From the NCBI GenBank assembly GCA_000004985.1, contig GG738865.1: a stretch of 64,000 bases of DNA; one strand, 5' to 3'. Both the position numbers and the translations under genes were made by a program. Positions 48,001 through 60,219 of this stretch are shown in pieces (within the stretch, counting starts at the first letter, position 1; each line of letters starts with the position of its first letter). The DNA is from Naegleria gruberi (lineage: Eukaryota). Below the pieces are notes generated by a model. The model had not been told where the DNA came from and made no database searches. It saw only the letters and a program-made list of their open reading frames with translations.

Positions 48001-51000
48001 NNNNNNNNNNNNNNNNNNNNNNNNNNNNNNNNNNNNNNNNNNNNNNNNNNNNNNNNNNNNNNNNNNNNNNNNNNNNNNNNNNNNNNNNNNNNNNNNNNNN
48101 NNNNNNNNNNNNNNNNNNNNNNNNNNNNNNNNNNNNNNNNNNNNNNNNNNNNNNNNNNNNNNNNNNNNNNNNNNNNNNNNNNNNNNNNNNNNNNNNNNNN
48201 NNNNNNNNNNNNNNNNNNNNNNNNNNNNNNNNNNNNNNNNNNNNNNNNNNNNNNNNNNNNNNNNNNNNNNNNNNNNNNNNNNNNNNNNNNNNNNNNNNNN
48301 NNNNNNNNNNNNNNNNNNNNNNNNNNNNNNNNNNNNNNNNNNNNNNNNNNNNNNNNNNNNNNNNNNNNNNNNNNNNNNNNNNNNNNNNNNNNNNNNNNNN
48401 NNNNNNNNNNNNNNNNNNNNNNNNNNNNNNNNNNNNNNNNNNNNNNNNNNNNNNNNNNNNNNNNNNNNNNNNNNNNNNNNNNNNNNNNNNNNNNNNNNNN
48501 NNNNNNNNNNNNNNNNNNNNNNNNNNNNNNNNNNNNNNNNNNNNNNNNNNNNNNNNNNNNNNNNNNNNNNNNNNNNNNNNNNNNNNNNNNNNNNNNNNNN
48601 NNNNNNNNNNNNNNNNNNNNNNNNNNNNNNNNNNNNNNNNNNNNNNNNNNNNNNNNNNNNNNNNNNNNNNNNNNNNNNNNNNNNNNNNNNNNNNNNNNNN
48701 NNNNNNNNNNNNNNNNNNNNNNNNNNNNNNNNNNNNNNNNNNNNNNNNNNNNNNNNNNNNNNNNNNNNNNNNNNNNNNNNNNNNNNNNNNNNNNNNNNNN
48801 NNNNNNNNNNNNNNNNNNNNNNNNNNNNNNNNNNNNNNNNNNNNNNNNNNNNNNNNNNNNNNNNNNNNNNNNNNNNNNNNNNNNNNNNNNNNNNNNNNNN
48901 NNNNNNNNNNNNNNNNNNNNNNNNNNNNNNNNNNNNNNNNNNNNNNNNNNNNNNNNNNNNNNNNNNNNNNNNNNNNNNNNNNNNNNNNNNNNNNNNNNNN
49001 NNNNNNNNNNNNNNNNNNNNNNNNNNNNNNNNNNNNNNNNNNNNNNNNNNNNNNNNNNNNNNNNNNNNNNNNNNNNNNNNNNNNNNNNNNNNNNNNNNNN
49101 NNNNNNNNNNNNNNNNNNNNNNNNNNNNNNNNNNNNNNNNNNNNNNNNNNNNNNNNNNNNNNNNNNNNNNNNNNNNNNNNNNNNNNNNNNNNNNNNNNNN
49201 NNNNNNNNNNNNNNNNNNNNNNNNNNNNNNNNNNNNNNNNNNNNNNNNNNNNNNNNNNNNNNNNNNNNNNNNNNNNNNNNNNNNNNNNNNNNNNNNNNNN
49301 NNNNNNNNNNNNNNNNNNNNNNNNNNNNNNNNNNNNNNNNNNNNNNNNNNNNNNNNNNNNNNNNNNNNNNNNNNNNNNNNNNNNNNNNNNNNNNNNNNNN
49401 NNNNNNNNNNNNNNNNNNNNNNNNNNNNNNNNNNNNNNNNNNNNNNNNNNNNNNNNNNNNNNNNNNNNNNNNNNNNNNNNNNNNNNNNNNNNNNNNNNNN
49501 NNNNNNNNNNNNNNNNNNNNNNNNNNNNNNNNNNNNNNNNNNNNNNNNNNNNNNNNNNNNNNNNNNNNNNNNNNNNNNNNNNNNNNNNNNNNNNNNNNNN
49601 NNNNNNNNNNNNNNNNNNNNNNNNNNNNNNNNNNNNNNNNNNNNNNNNNNNNNNNNNNNNNNNNNNNNNNNNNNNNNNNNNNNNNNNNNNNNNNNNNNNN
49701 NNNNNNNNNNNNNNNNNNNNNNNNNNNNNNNNNNNNNNNNNNNNNNNNNNNNNNNNNNNNNNNNNNNNNNNNNNNNNNNNNNNNNNNNNNNNNNNNNNNN
49801 NNNNNNNNNNNNNNNNNNNNNNNNNNNNNNNNNNNNNNNNNNNNNNNNNNNNNNNNNNNNNNNNNNNNNNNNNNNNNNNNNNNNNNNNNNNNNNNNNNNN
49901 NNNNNNNNNNNNNNNNNNNNNNNNNNNNNNNNNNNNNNNNNNNNNNNNNNNNNNNNNNNNNNNNNNNNNNNNNNNNNNNNNNNNNNNNNNNNNNNNNNNN
50001 NNNNNNNNNNNNNNNNNNNNNNNNNNNNNNNNNNNNNNNNNNNNNNNNNNNNNNNNNNNNNNNNNNNNNNNNNNNNNNNNNNNNNNNNNNNNNNNNNNNN
50101 NNNNNNNNNNNNNNNNNNNNNNNNNNNNNNNNNNNNNNNNNNNNNNNNNNNNNNNNNNNNNNNNNNNNNNNNNNNNNNNNNNNNNNNNNNNNNNNNNNNN
50201 NNNNNNNNNNNNNNNNNNNNNNNNNNNNNNNNNNNNNNNNNNNNNNNNNNNNNNNNNNNNNNNNNNNNNNNNNNNNNNNNNNNNNNNNNNNNNNNNNNNN
50301 NNNNNNNNNNNNNNNNNNNNNNNNNNNNNNNNNNNNNNNNNNNNNNNNNNNNNNNNNNNNNNNNNNNNNNNNNNNNNNNNNNNNNNNNNNNNNNNNNNNN
50401 NNNNNNNNNNNNNNNNNNNNNNNNNNNNNNNNNNNNNNNNNNNNNNNNNNNNNNNNNNNNNNNNNNNNNNNNNNNNNNNNNNNNNNNNNNNNNNNNNNNN
50501 NNNNNNNNNNNNNNNNNNNNNNNNNNNNNNNNNNNNNNNNNNNNNNNNNNNNNNNNNNNNNNNNNNNNNNNNNNNNNNNNNNNNNNNNNNNNNNNNNNNN
50601 NNNNNNNNNNNNNNNNNNNNNNNNNNNNNNNNNNNNNNNNNNNNNNNNNNNNNNNNNNNNNNNNNNNNNNNNNNNNNNNNNNNNNNNNNNNNNNNNNNNN
50701 NNNNNNNNNNNNNNNNNNNNNNNNNNNNNNNNNNNNNNNNNNNNNNNNNNNNNNNNNNNNNNNNNNNNNNNNNNNNNNNNNNNNNNNNNNNNNNNNNNNN
50801 NNNNNNNNNNNNNNNNNNNNNNNNNNNNNNNNNNNNNNNNNNNNNNNNNNNNNNNNNNNNNNNNNNNNNNNNNNNNNNNNNNNNNNNNNNNNNNNNNNNN
50901 NNNNNNNNNNNNNNNNNNNNNNNNNNNNNNNNNNNNNNNNNNNNNNNNNNNNNNNNNNNNNNNNNNNNNNNNNNNNNNNNNNNNNNNNNNNNNNNNNNNN

Positions 51001-54000
51001 NNNNNNNNNNNNNNNNNNNNNNNNNNNNNNNNNNNNNNNNNNNNNNNNNNNNNNNNNNNNNNNNNNNNNNNNNNNNNNNNNNNNNNNNNNNNNNNNNNNN
51101 NNNNNNNNNNNNNNNNNNNNNNNNNNNNNNNNNNNNNNNNNNNNNNNNNNNNNNNNNNNNNNNNNNNNNNNNNNNNNNNNNNNNNNNNNNNNNNNNNNNN
51201 NNNNNNNNNNNNNNNNNNNNNNNNNNNNNNNNNNNNNNNNNNNNNNNNNNNNNNNNNNNNNNNNNNNNNNNNNNNNNNNNNNNNNNNNNNNNNNNNNNNN
51301 NNNNNNNNNNNNNNNNNNNNNNNNNNNNNNNNNNNNNNNNNNNNNNNNNNNNNNNNNNNNNNNNNNNNNNNNNNNNNNNNNNNNNNNNNNNNNNNNNNNN
51401 NNNNNNNNNNNNNNNNNNNNNNNNNNNNNNNNNNNNNNNNNNNNNNNNNNNNNNNNNNNNNNNNNNNNNNNNNNNNNNNNNNNNNNNNNNNNNNNNNNNN
51501 NNNNNNNNNNNNNNNNNNNNNNNNNNNNNNNNNNNNNNNNNNNNNNNNNNNNNNNNNNNNNNNNNNNNNNNNNNNNNNNNNNNNNNNNNNNNNNNNNNNN
51601 NNNNNNNNNNNNNNNNNNNNNNNNNNNNNNNNNNNNNNNNNNNNNNNNNNNNNNNNNNNNNNNNNNNNNNNNNNNNNNNNNNNNNNNNNNNNNNNNNNNN
51701 NNNNNNNNNNNNNNNNNNNNNNNNNNNNNNNNNNNNNNNNNNNNNNNNNNNNNNNNNNNNNNNNNNNNNNNNNNNNNNNNNNNNNNNNNNNNNNNNNNNN
51801 NNNNNNNNNNNNNNNNNNNNNNNNNNNNNNNNNNNNNNNNNNNNNNNNNNNNNNNNNNNNNNNNNNNNNNNNNNNNNNNNNNNNNNNNNNNNNNNNNNNN
51901 NNNNNNNNNNNNNNNNNNNNNNNNNNNNNNNNNNNNNNNNNNNNNNNNNNNNNNNNNNNNNNNNNNNNNNNNNNNNNNNNNNNNNNNNNNNNNNNNNNNN
52001 NNNNNNNNNNNNNNNNNNNNNNNNNNNNNNNNNNNNNNNNNNNNNNNNNNNNNNNNNNNNNNNNNNNNNNNNNNNNNNNNNNNNNNNNNNNNNNNNNNNN
52101 NNNNNNNNNNNNNNNNNNNNNNNNNNNNNNNNNNNNNNNNNNNNNNNNNNNNNNNNNNNNNNNNNNNNNNNNNNNNNNNNNNNNNNNNNNNNNNNNNNNN
52201 NNNNNNNNNNNNNNNNNNNNNNNNNNNNNNNNNNNNNNNNNNNNNNNNNNNNNNNNNNNNNNNNNNNNNNNNNNNNNNNNNNNNNNNNNNNNNNNNNNNN
52301 NNNNNNNNNNNNNNNNNNNNNNNNNNNNNNNNNNNNNNNNNNNNNNNNNNNNNNNNNNNNNNNNNNNNNNNNNNNNNNNNNNNNNNNNNNNNNNNNNNNN
52401 NNNNNNNNNNNNNNNNNNNNNNNNNNNNNNNNNNNNNNNNNNNNNNNNNNNNNNNNNNNNNNNNNNNNNNNNNNNNNNNNNNNNNNNNNNNNNNNNNNNN
52501 NNNNNNNNNNNNNNNNNNNNNNNNNNNNNNNNNNNNNNNNNNNNNNNNNNNNNNNNNNNNNNNNNNNNNNNNNNNNNNNNNNNNNNNNNNNNNNNNNNNN
52601 NNNNNNNNNNNNNNNNNNNNNNNNNNNNNNNNNNNNNNNNNNNNNNNNNNNNNNNNNNNNNNNNNNNNNNNNNNNNNNNNNNNNNNNNNNNNNNNNNNNN
52701 NNNNNNNNNNNNNNNNNNNNNNNNNNNNNNNNNNNNNNNNNNNNNNNNNNNNNNNNNNNNNNNNNNNNNNNNNNNNNNNNNNNNNNNNNNNNNNNNNNNN
52801 NNNNNNNNNNNNNNNNNNNNNNNNNNNNNNNNNNNNNNNNNNNNNNNNNNNNNNNNNNNNNNNNNNNNNNNNNNNNNNNNNNNNNNNNNNNNNNNNNNNN
52901 NNNNNNNNNNNNNNNNNNNNNNNNNNNNNNNNNNNNNNNNNNNNNNNNNNNNNNNNNNNNNNNNNNNNNNNNNNNNNNNNNNNNNNNNNNNNNNNNNNNN
53001 NNNNNNNNNNNNNNNNNNNNNNNNNNNNNNNNNNNNNNNNNNNNNNNNNNNNNNNNNNNNNNNNNNNNNNNNNNNNNNNNNNNNNNNNNNNNNNNNNNNN
53101 NNNNNNNNNNNNNNNNNNNNNNNNNNNNNNNNNNNNNNNNNNNNNNNNNNNNNNNNNNNNNNNNNNNNNNNNNNNNNNNNNNNNNNNNNNNNNNNNNNNN
53201 NNNNNNNNNNNNNNNNNNNNNNNNNNNNNNNNNNNNNNNNNNNNNNNNNNNNNNNNNNNNNNNNNNNNNNNNNNNNNNNNNNNNNNNNNNNNNNNNNNNN
53301 NNNNNNNNNNNNNNNNNNNNNNNNNNNNNNNNNNNNNNNNNNNNNNNNNNNNNNNNNNNNNNNNNNNNNNNNNNNNNNNNNNNNNNNNNNNNNNNNNNNN
53401 NNNNNNNNNNNNNNNNNNNNNNNNNNNNNNNNNNNNNNNNNNNNNNNNNNNNNNNNNNNNNNNNNNNNNNNNNNNNNNNNNNNNNNNNNNNNNNNNNNNN
53501 NNNNNNNNNNNNNNNNNNNNNNNNNNNNNNNNNNNNNNNNNNNNNNNNNNNNNNNNNNNNNNNNNNNNNNNNNNNNNNNNNNNNNNNNNNNNNNNNNNNN
53601 NNNNNNNNNNNNNNNNNNNNNNNNNNNNNNNNNNNNNNNNNNNNNNNNNNNNNNNNNNNNNNNNNNNNNNNNNNNNNNNNNNNNNNNNNNNNNNNNNNNN
53701 NNNNNNNNNNNNNNNNNNNNNNNNNNNNNNNNNNNNNNNNNNNNNNNNNNNNNNNNNNNNNNNNNNNNNNNNNNNNNNNNNNNNNNNNNNNNNNNNNNNN
53801 NNNNNNNNNNNNNNNNNNNNNNNNNNNNNNNNNNNNNNNNNNNNNNNNNNNNNNNNNNNNNNNNNNNNNNNNNNNNNNNNNNNNNNNNNNNNNNNNNNNN
53901 NNNNNNNNNNNNNNNNNNNNNNNNNNNNNNNNNNNNNNNNNNNNNNNNNNNNNNNNNNNNNNNNNNNNNNNNNNNNNNNNNNNNNNNNNNNNNNNNNNNN

Positions 54001-57000
54001 NNNNNNNNNNNNNNNNNNNNNNNNNNNNNNNNNNNNNNNNNNNNNNNNNNNNNNNNNNNNNNNNNNNNNNNNNNNNNNNNNNNNNNNNNNNNNNNNNNNN
54101 NNNNNNNNNNNNNNNNNNNNNNNNNNNNNNNNNNNNNNNNNNNNNNNNNNNNNNNNNNNNNNNNNNNNNNNNNNNNNNNNNNNNNNNNNNNNNNNNNNNN
54201 NNNNNNNNNNNNNNNNNNNNNNNNNNNNNNNNNNNNNNNNNNNNNNNNNNNNNNNNNNNNNNNNNNNNNNNNNNNNNNNNNNNNNNNNNNNNNNNNNNNN
54301 NNNNNNNNNNNNNNNNNNNNNNNNNNNNNNNNNNNNNNNNNNNNNNNNNNNNNNNNNNNNNNNNNNNNNNNNNNNNNNNNNNNNNNNNNNNNNNNNNNNN
54401 NNNNNNNNNNNNNNNNNNNNNNNNNNNNNNNNNNNNNNNNNNNNNNNNNNNNNNNNNNNNNNNNNNNNNNNNNNNNNNNNNNNNNNNNNNNNNNNNNNNN
54501 NNNNNNNNNNNNNNNNNNNNNNNNNNNNNNNNNNNNNNNNNNNNNNNNNNNNNNNNNNNNNNNNNNNNNNNNNNNNNNNNNNNNNNNNNNNNNNNNNNNN
54601 NNNNNNNNNNNNNNNNNNNNNNNNNNNNNNNNNNNNNNNNNNNNNNNNNNNNNNNNNNNNNNNNNNNNNNNNNNNNNNNNNNNNNNNNNNNNNNNNNNNN
54701 NNNNNNNNNNNNNNNNNNNNNNNNNNNNNNNNNNNNNNNNNNNNNNNNNNNNNNNNNNNNNNNNNNNNNNNNNNNNNNNNNNNNNNNNNNNNNNNNNNNN
54801 NNNNNNNNNNNNNNNNNNNNNNNNNNNNNNNNNNNNNNNNNNNNNNNNNNNNNNNNNNNNNNNNNNNNNNNNNNNNNNNNNNNNNNNNNNNNNNNNNNNN
54901 NNNNNNNNNNNNNNNNNNNNNNNNNNNNNNNNNNNNNNNNNNNNNNNNNNNNNNNNNNNNNNNNNNNNNNNNNNNNNNNNNNNNNNNNNNNNNNNNNNNN
55001 NNNNNNNNNNNNNNNNNNNNNNNNNNNNNNNNNNNNNNNNNNNNNNNNNNNNNNNNNNNNNNNNNNNNNNNNNNNNNNNNNNNNNNNNNNNNNNNNNNNN
55101 NNNNNNNNNNNNNNNNNNNNNNNNNNNNNNNNNNNNNNNNNNNNNNNNNNNNNNNNNNNNNNNNNNNNNNNNNNNNNNNNNNNNNNNNNNNNNNNNNNNN
55201 NNNNNNNNNNNNNNNNNNNNNNNNNNNNNNNNNNNNNNNNNNNNNNNNNNNNNNNNNNNNNNNNNNNNNNNNNNNNNNNNNNNNNNNNNNNNNNNNNNNN
55301 NNNNNNNNNNNNNNNNNNNNNNNNNNNNNNNNNNNNNNNNNNNNNNNNNNNNNNNNNNNNNNNNNNNNNNNNNNNNNNNNNNNNNNNNNNNNNNNNNNNN
55401 NNNNNNNNNNNNNNNNNNNNNNNNNNNNNNNNNNNNNNNNNNNNNNNNNNNNNNNNNNNNNNNNNNNNNNNNNNNNNNNNNNNNNNNNNNNNNNNNNNNN
55501 NNNNNNNNNNNNNNNNNNNNNNNNNNNNNNNNNNNNNNNNNNNNNNNNNNNNNNNNNNNNNNNNNNNNNNNNNNNNNNNNNNNNNNNNNNNNNNNNNNNN
55601 NNNNNNNNNNNNNNNNNNNNNNNNNNNNNNNNNNNNNNNNNNNNNNNNNNNNNNNNNNNNNNNNNNNNNNNNNNNNNNNNNNNNNNNNNNNNNNNNNNNN
55701 NNNNNNNNNNNNNNNNNNNNNNNNNNNNNNNNNNNNNNNNNNNNNNNNNNNNNNNNNNNNNNNNNNNNNNNNNNNNNNNNNNNNNNNNNNNNNNNNNNNN
55801 NNNNNNNNNNNNNNNNNNNNNNNNNNNNNNNNNNNNNNNNNNNNNNNNNNNNNNNNNNNNNNNNNNNNNNNNNNNNNNNNNNNNNNNNNNNNNNNNNNNN
55901 NNNNNNNNNNNNNNNNNNNNNNNNNNNNNNNNNNNNNNNNNNNNNNNNNNNNNNNNNNNNNNNNNNNNNNNNNNNNNNNNNNNNNNNNNNNNNNNNNNNN
56001 NNNNNNNNNNNNNNNNNNNNNNNNNNNNNNNNNNNNNNNNNNNNNNNNNNNNNNNNNNNNNNNNNNNNNNNNNNNNNNNNNNNNNNNNNNNNNNNNNNNN
56101 NNNNNNNNNNNNNNNNNNNNNNNNNNNNNNNNNNNNNNNNNNNNNNNNNNNNNNNNNNNNNNNNNNNNNNNNNNNNNNNNNNNNNNNNNNNNNNNNNNNN
56201 NNNNNNNNNNNNNNNNNNNNNNNNNNNNNNNNNNNNNNNNNNNNNNNNNNNNNNNNNNNNNNNNNNNNNNNNNNNNNNNNNNNNNNNNNNNNNNNNNNNN
56301 NNNNNNNNNNNNNNNNNNNNNNNNNNNNNNNNNNNNNNNNNNNNNNNNNNNNNNNNNNNNNNNNNNNNNNNNNNNNNNNNNNNNNNNNNNNNNNNNNNNN
56401 NNNNNNNNNNNNNNNNNNNNNNNNNNNNNNNNNNNNNNNNNNNNNNNNNNNNNNNNNNNNNNNNNNNNNNNNNNNNNNNNNNNNNNNNNNNNNNNNNNNN
56501 NNNNNNNNNNNNNNNNNNNNNNNNNNNNNNNNNNNNNNNNNNNNNNNNNNNNNNNNNNNNNNNNNNNNNNNNNNNNNNNNNNNNNNNNNNNNNNNNNNNN
56601 NNNNNNNNNNNNNNNNNNNNNNNNNNNNNNNNNNNNNNNNNNNNNNNNNNNNNNNNNNNNNNNNNNNNNNNNNNNNNNNNNNNNNNNNNNNNNNNNNNNN
56701 NNNNNNNNNNNNNNNNNNNNNNNNNNNNNNNNNNNNNNNNNNNNNNNNNNNNNNNNNNNNNNNNNNNNNNNNNNNNNNNNNNNNNNNNNNNNNNNNNNNN
56801 NNNNNNNNNNNNNNNNNNNNNNNNNNNNNNNNNNNNNNNNNNNNNNNNNNNNNNNNNNNNNNNNNNNNNNNNNNNNNNNNNNNNNNNNNNNNNNNNNNNN
56901 NNNNNNNNNNNNNNNNNNNNNNNNNNNNNNNNNNNNNNNNNNNNNNNNNNNNNNNNNNNNNNNNNNNNNNNNNNNNNNNNNNNNNNNNNNNNNNNNNNNN

Positions 57001-60000
57001 NNNNNNNNNNNNNNNNNNNNNNNNNNNNNNNNNNNNNNNNNNNNNNNNNNNNNNNNNNNNNNNNNNNNNNNNNNNNNNNNNNNNNNNNNNNNNNNNNNNN
57101 NNNNNNNNNNNNNNNNNNNNNNNNNNNNNNNNNNNNNNNNNNNNNNNNNNNNNNNNNNNNNNNNNNNNNNNNNNNNNNNNNNNNNNNNNNNNNNNNNNNN
57201 NNNNNNNNNNNNNNNNNNNNNNNNNNNNNNNNNNNNNNNNNNNNNNNNNNNNNNNNNNNNNNNNNNNNNNNNNNNNNNNNNNNNNNNNNNNNNNNNNNNN
57301 NNNNNNNNNNNNNNNNNNNNNNNNNNNNNNNNNNNNNNNNNNNNNNNNNNNNNNNNNNNNNNNNNNNNNNNNNNNNNNNNNNNNNNNNNNNNNNNNNNNN
57401 NNNNNNNNNNNNNNNNNNNNNNNNNNNNNNNNNNNNNNNNNNNNNNNNNNNNNNNNNNNNNNNNNNNNNNNNNNNNNNNNNNNNNNNNNNNNNNNNNNNN
57501 NNNNNNNNNNNNNNNNNNNNNNNNNNNNNNNNNNNNNNNNNNNNNNNNNNNNNNNNNNNNNNNNNNNNNNNNNNNNNNNNNNNNNNNNNNNNNNNNNNNN
57601 NNNNNNNNNNNNNNNNNNNNNNNNNNNNNNNNNNNNNNNNNNNNNNNNNNNNNNNNNNNNNNNNNNNNNNNNNNNNNNNNNNNNNNNNNNNNNNNNNNNN
57701 NNNNNNNNNNNNNNNNNNNNNNNNNNNNNNNNNNNNNNNNNNNNNNNNNNNNNNNNNNNNNNNNNNNNNNNNNNNNNNNNNNNNNNNNNNNNNNNNNNNN
57801 NNNNNNNNNNNNNNNNNNNNNNNNNNNNNNNNNNNNNNNNNNNNNNNNNNNNNNNNNNNNNNNNNNNNNNNNNNNNNNNNNNNNNNNNNNNNNNNNNNNN
57901 NNNNNNNNNNNNNNNNNNNNNNNNNNNNNNNNNNNNNNNNNNNNNNNNNNNNNNNNNNNNNNNNNNNNNNNNNNNNNNNNNNNNNNNNNNNNNNNNNNNN
58001 NNNNNNNNNNNNNNNNNNNNNNNNNNNNNNNNNNNNNNNNNNNNNNNNNNNNNNNNNNNNNNNNNNNNNNNNNNNNNNNNNNNNNNNNNNNNNNNNNNNN
58101 NNNNNNNNNNNNNNNNNNNNNNNNNNNNNNNNNNNNNNNNNNNNNNNNNNNNNNNNNNNNNNNNNNNNNNNNNNNNNNNNNNNNNNNNNNNNNNNNNNNN
58201 NNNNNNNNNNNNNNNNNNNNNNNNNNNNNNNNNNNNNNNNNNNNNNNNNNNNNNNNNNNNNNNNNNNNNNNNNNNNNNNNNNNNNNNNNNNNNNNNNNNN
58301 NNNNNNNNNNNNNNNNNNNNNNNNNNNNNNNNNNNNNNNNNNNNNNNNNNNNNNNNNNNNNNNNNNNNNNNNNNNNNNNNNNNNNNNNNNNNNNNNNNNN
58401 NNNNNNNNNNNNNNNNNNNNNNNNNNNNNNNNNNNNNNNNNNNNNNNNNNNNNNNNNNNNNNNNNNNNNNNNNNNNNNNNNNNNNNNNNNNNNNNNNNNN
58501 NNNNNNNNNNNNNNNNNNNNNNNNNNNNNNNNNNNNNNNNNNNNNNNNNNNNNNNNNNNNNNNNNNNNNNNNNNNNNNNNNNNNNNNNNNNNNNNNNNNN
58601 NNNNNNNNNNNNNNNNNNNNNNNNNNNNNNNNNNNNNNNNNNNNNNNNNNNNNNNNNNNNNNNNNNNNNNNNNNNNNNNNNNNNNNNNNNNNNNNNNNNN
58701 NNNNNNNNNNNNNNNNNNNNNNNNNNNNNNNNNNNNNNNNNNNNNNNNNNNNNNNNNNNNNNNNNNNNNNNNNNNNNNNNNNNNNNNNNNNNNNNNNNNN
58801 NNNNNNNNNNNNNNNNNNNNNNNNNNNNNNNNNNNNNNNNNNNNNNNNNNNNNNNNNNNNNNNNNNNNNNNNNNNNNNNNNNNNNNNNNNNNNNNNNNNN
58901 NNNNNNNNNNNNNNNNNNNNNNNNNNNNNNNNNNNNNNNNNNNNNNNNNNNNNNNNNNNNNNNNNNNNNNNNNNNNNNNNNNNNNNNNNNNNNNNNNNNN
59001 NNNNNNNNNNNNNNNNNNNNNNNNNNNNNNNNNNNNNNNNNNNNNNNNNNNNNNNNNNNNNNNNNNNNNNNNNNNNNNNNNNNNNNNNNNNNNNNNNNNN
59101 NNNNNNNNNNNNNNNNNNNNNNNNNNNNNNNNNNNNNNNNNNNNNNNNNNNNNNNNNNNNNNNNNNNNNNNNNNNNNNNNNNNNNNNNNNNNNNNNNNNN
59201 NNNNNNNNNNNNNNNNNNNNNNNNNNNNNNNNNNNNNNNNNNNNNNNNNNNNNNNNNNNNNNNNNNNNNNNNNNNNNNNNNNNNNNNNNNNNNNNNNNNN
59301 NNNNNNNNNNNNNNNNNNNNNNNNNNNNNNNNNNNNNNNNNNNNNNNNNNNNNNNNNNNNNNNNNNNNNNNNNNNNNNNNNNNNNNNNNNNNNNNNNNNN
59401 NNNNNNNNNNNNNNNNNNNNNNNNNNNNNNNNNNNNNNNNNNNNNNNNNNNNNNNNNNNNNNNNNNNNNNNNNNNNNNNNNNNNNNNNNNNNNNNNNNNN
59501 NNNNNNNNNNNNNNNNNNNNNNNNNNNNNNNNNNNNNNNNNNNNNNNNNNNNNNNNNNNNNNNNNNNNNNNNNNNNNNNNNNNNNNNNNNNNNNNNNNNN
59601 NNNNNNNNNNNNNNNNNNNNNNNNNNNNNNNNNNNNNNNNNNNNNNNNNNNNNNNNNNNNNNNNNNNNNNNNNNNNNNNNNNNNNNNNNNNNNNNNNNNN
59701 NNNNNNNNNNNNNNNNNNNNNNNNNNNNNNNNNNNNNNNNNNNNNNNNNNNNNNNNNNNNNNNNNNNNNNNNNNNNNNNNNNNNNNNNNNNNNNNNNNNN
59801 NNNNNNNNNNNNNNNNNNNNNNNNNNNNNNNNNNNNNNNNNNNNNNNNNNNNNNNNNNNNNNNNNNNNNNNNNNNNNNNNNNNNNNNNNNNNNNNNNNNN
59901 NNNNNNNNNNNNNNNNNNNNNNNNNNNNNNNNNNNNNNNNNNNNNNNNNNNNNNNNNNNNNNNNNNNNNNNNNNNNNNNNNNNNNNNNNNNNNNNNNNNN

Positions 60001-60218
60001 NNNNNNNNNNNNNNNNNNNNNNNNNNNNNNNNNNNNNNNNNNNNNNNNNNNNNNNNNNNNNNNNNNNNNNNNNNNNNNNNNNNNNNNNNNNNNNNNNNNN
60101 NNNNNNNNNNNNNNNNNNNNNNNNNNNNNNNNNNNNNNNNNNNNNNNNNNNNNNNNNNNNNNNNNNNNNNNNNNNNNNNNNNNNNNNNNNNNNNNNNNNN
60201 NNNNNNNNNNNNNNNNNN
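1..60218. other. Unresolved sequence (run of N): assembly gap or hard-masked region
   Basis: Every base from 1 to 60218 is 'n'. The first called base is 60219. No annotation is possible in this span. Confidence 0.99.
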
Positions 60219-60219
60219 A

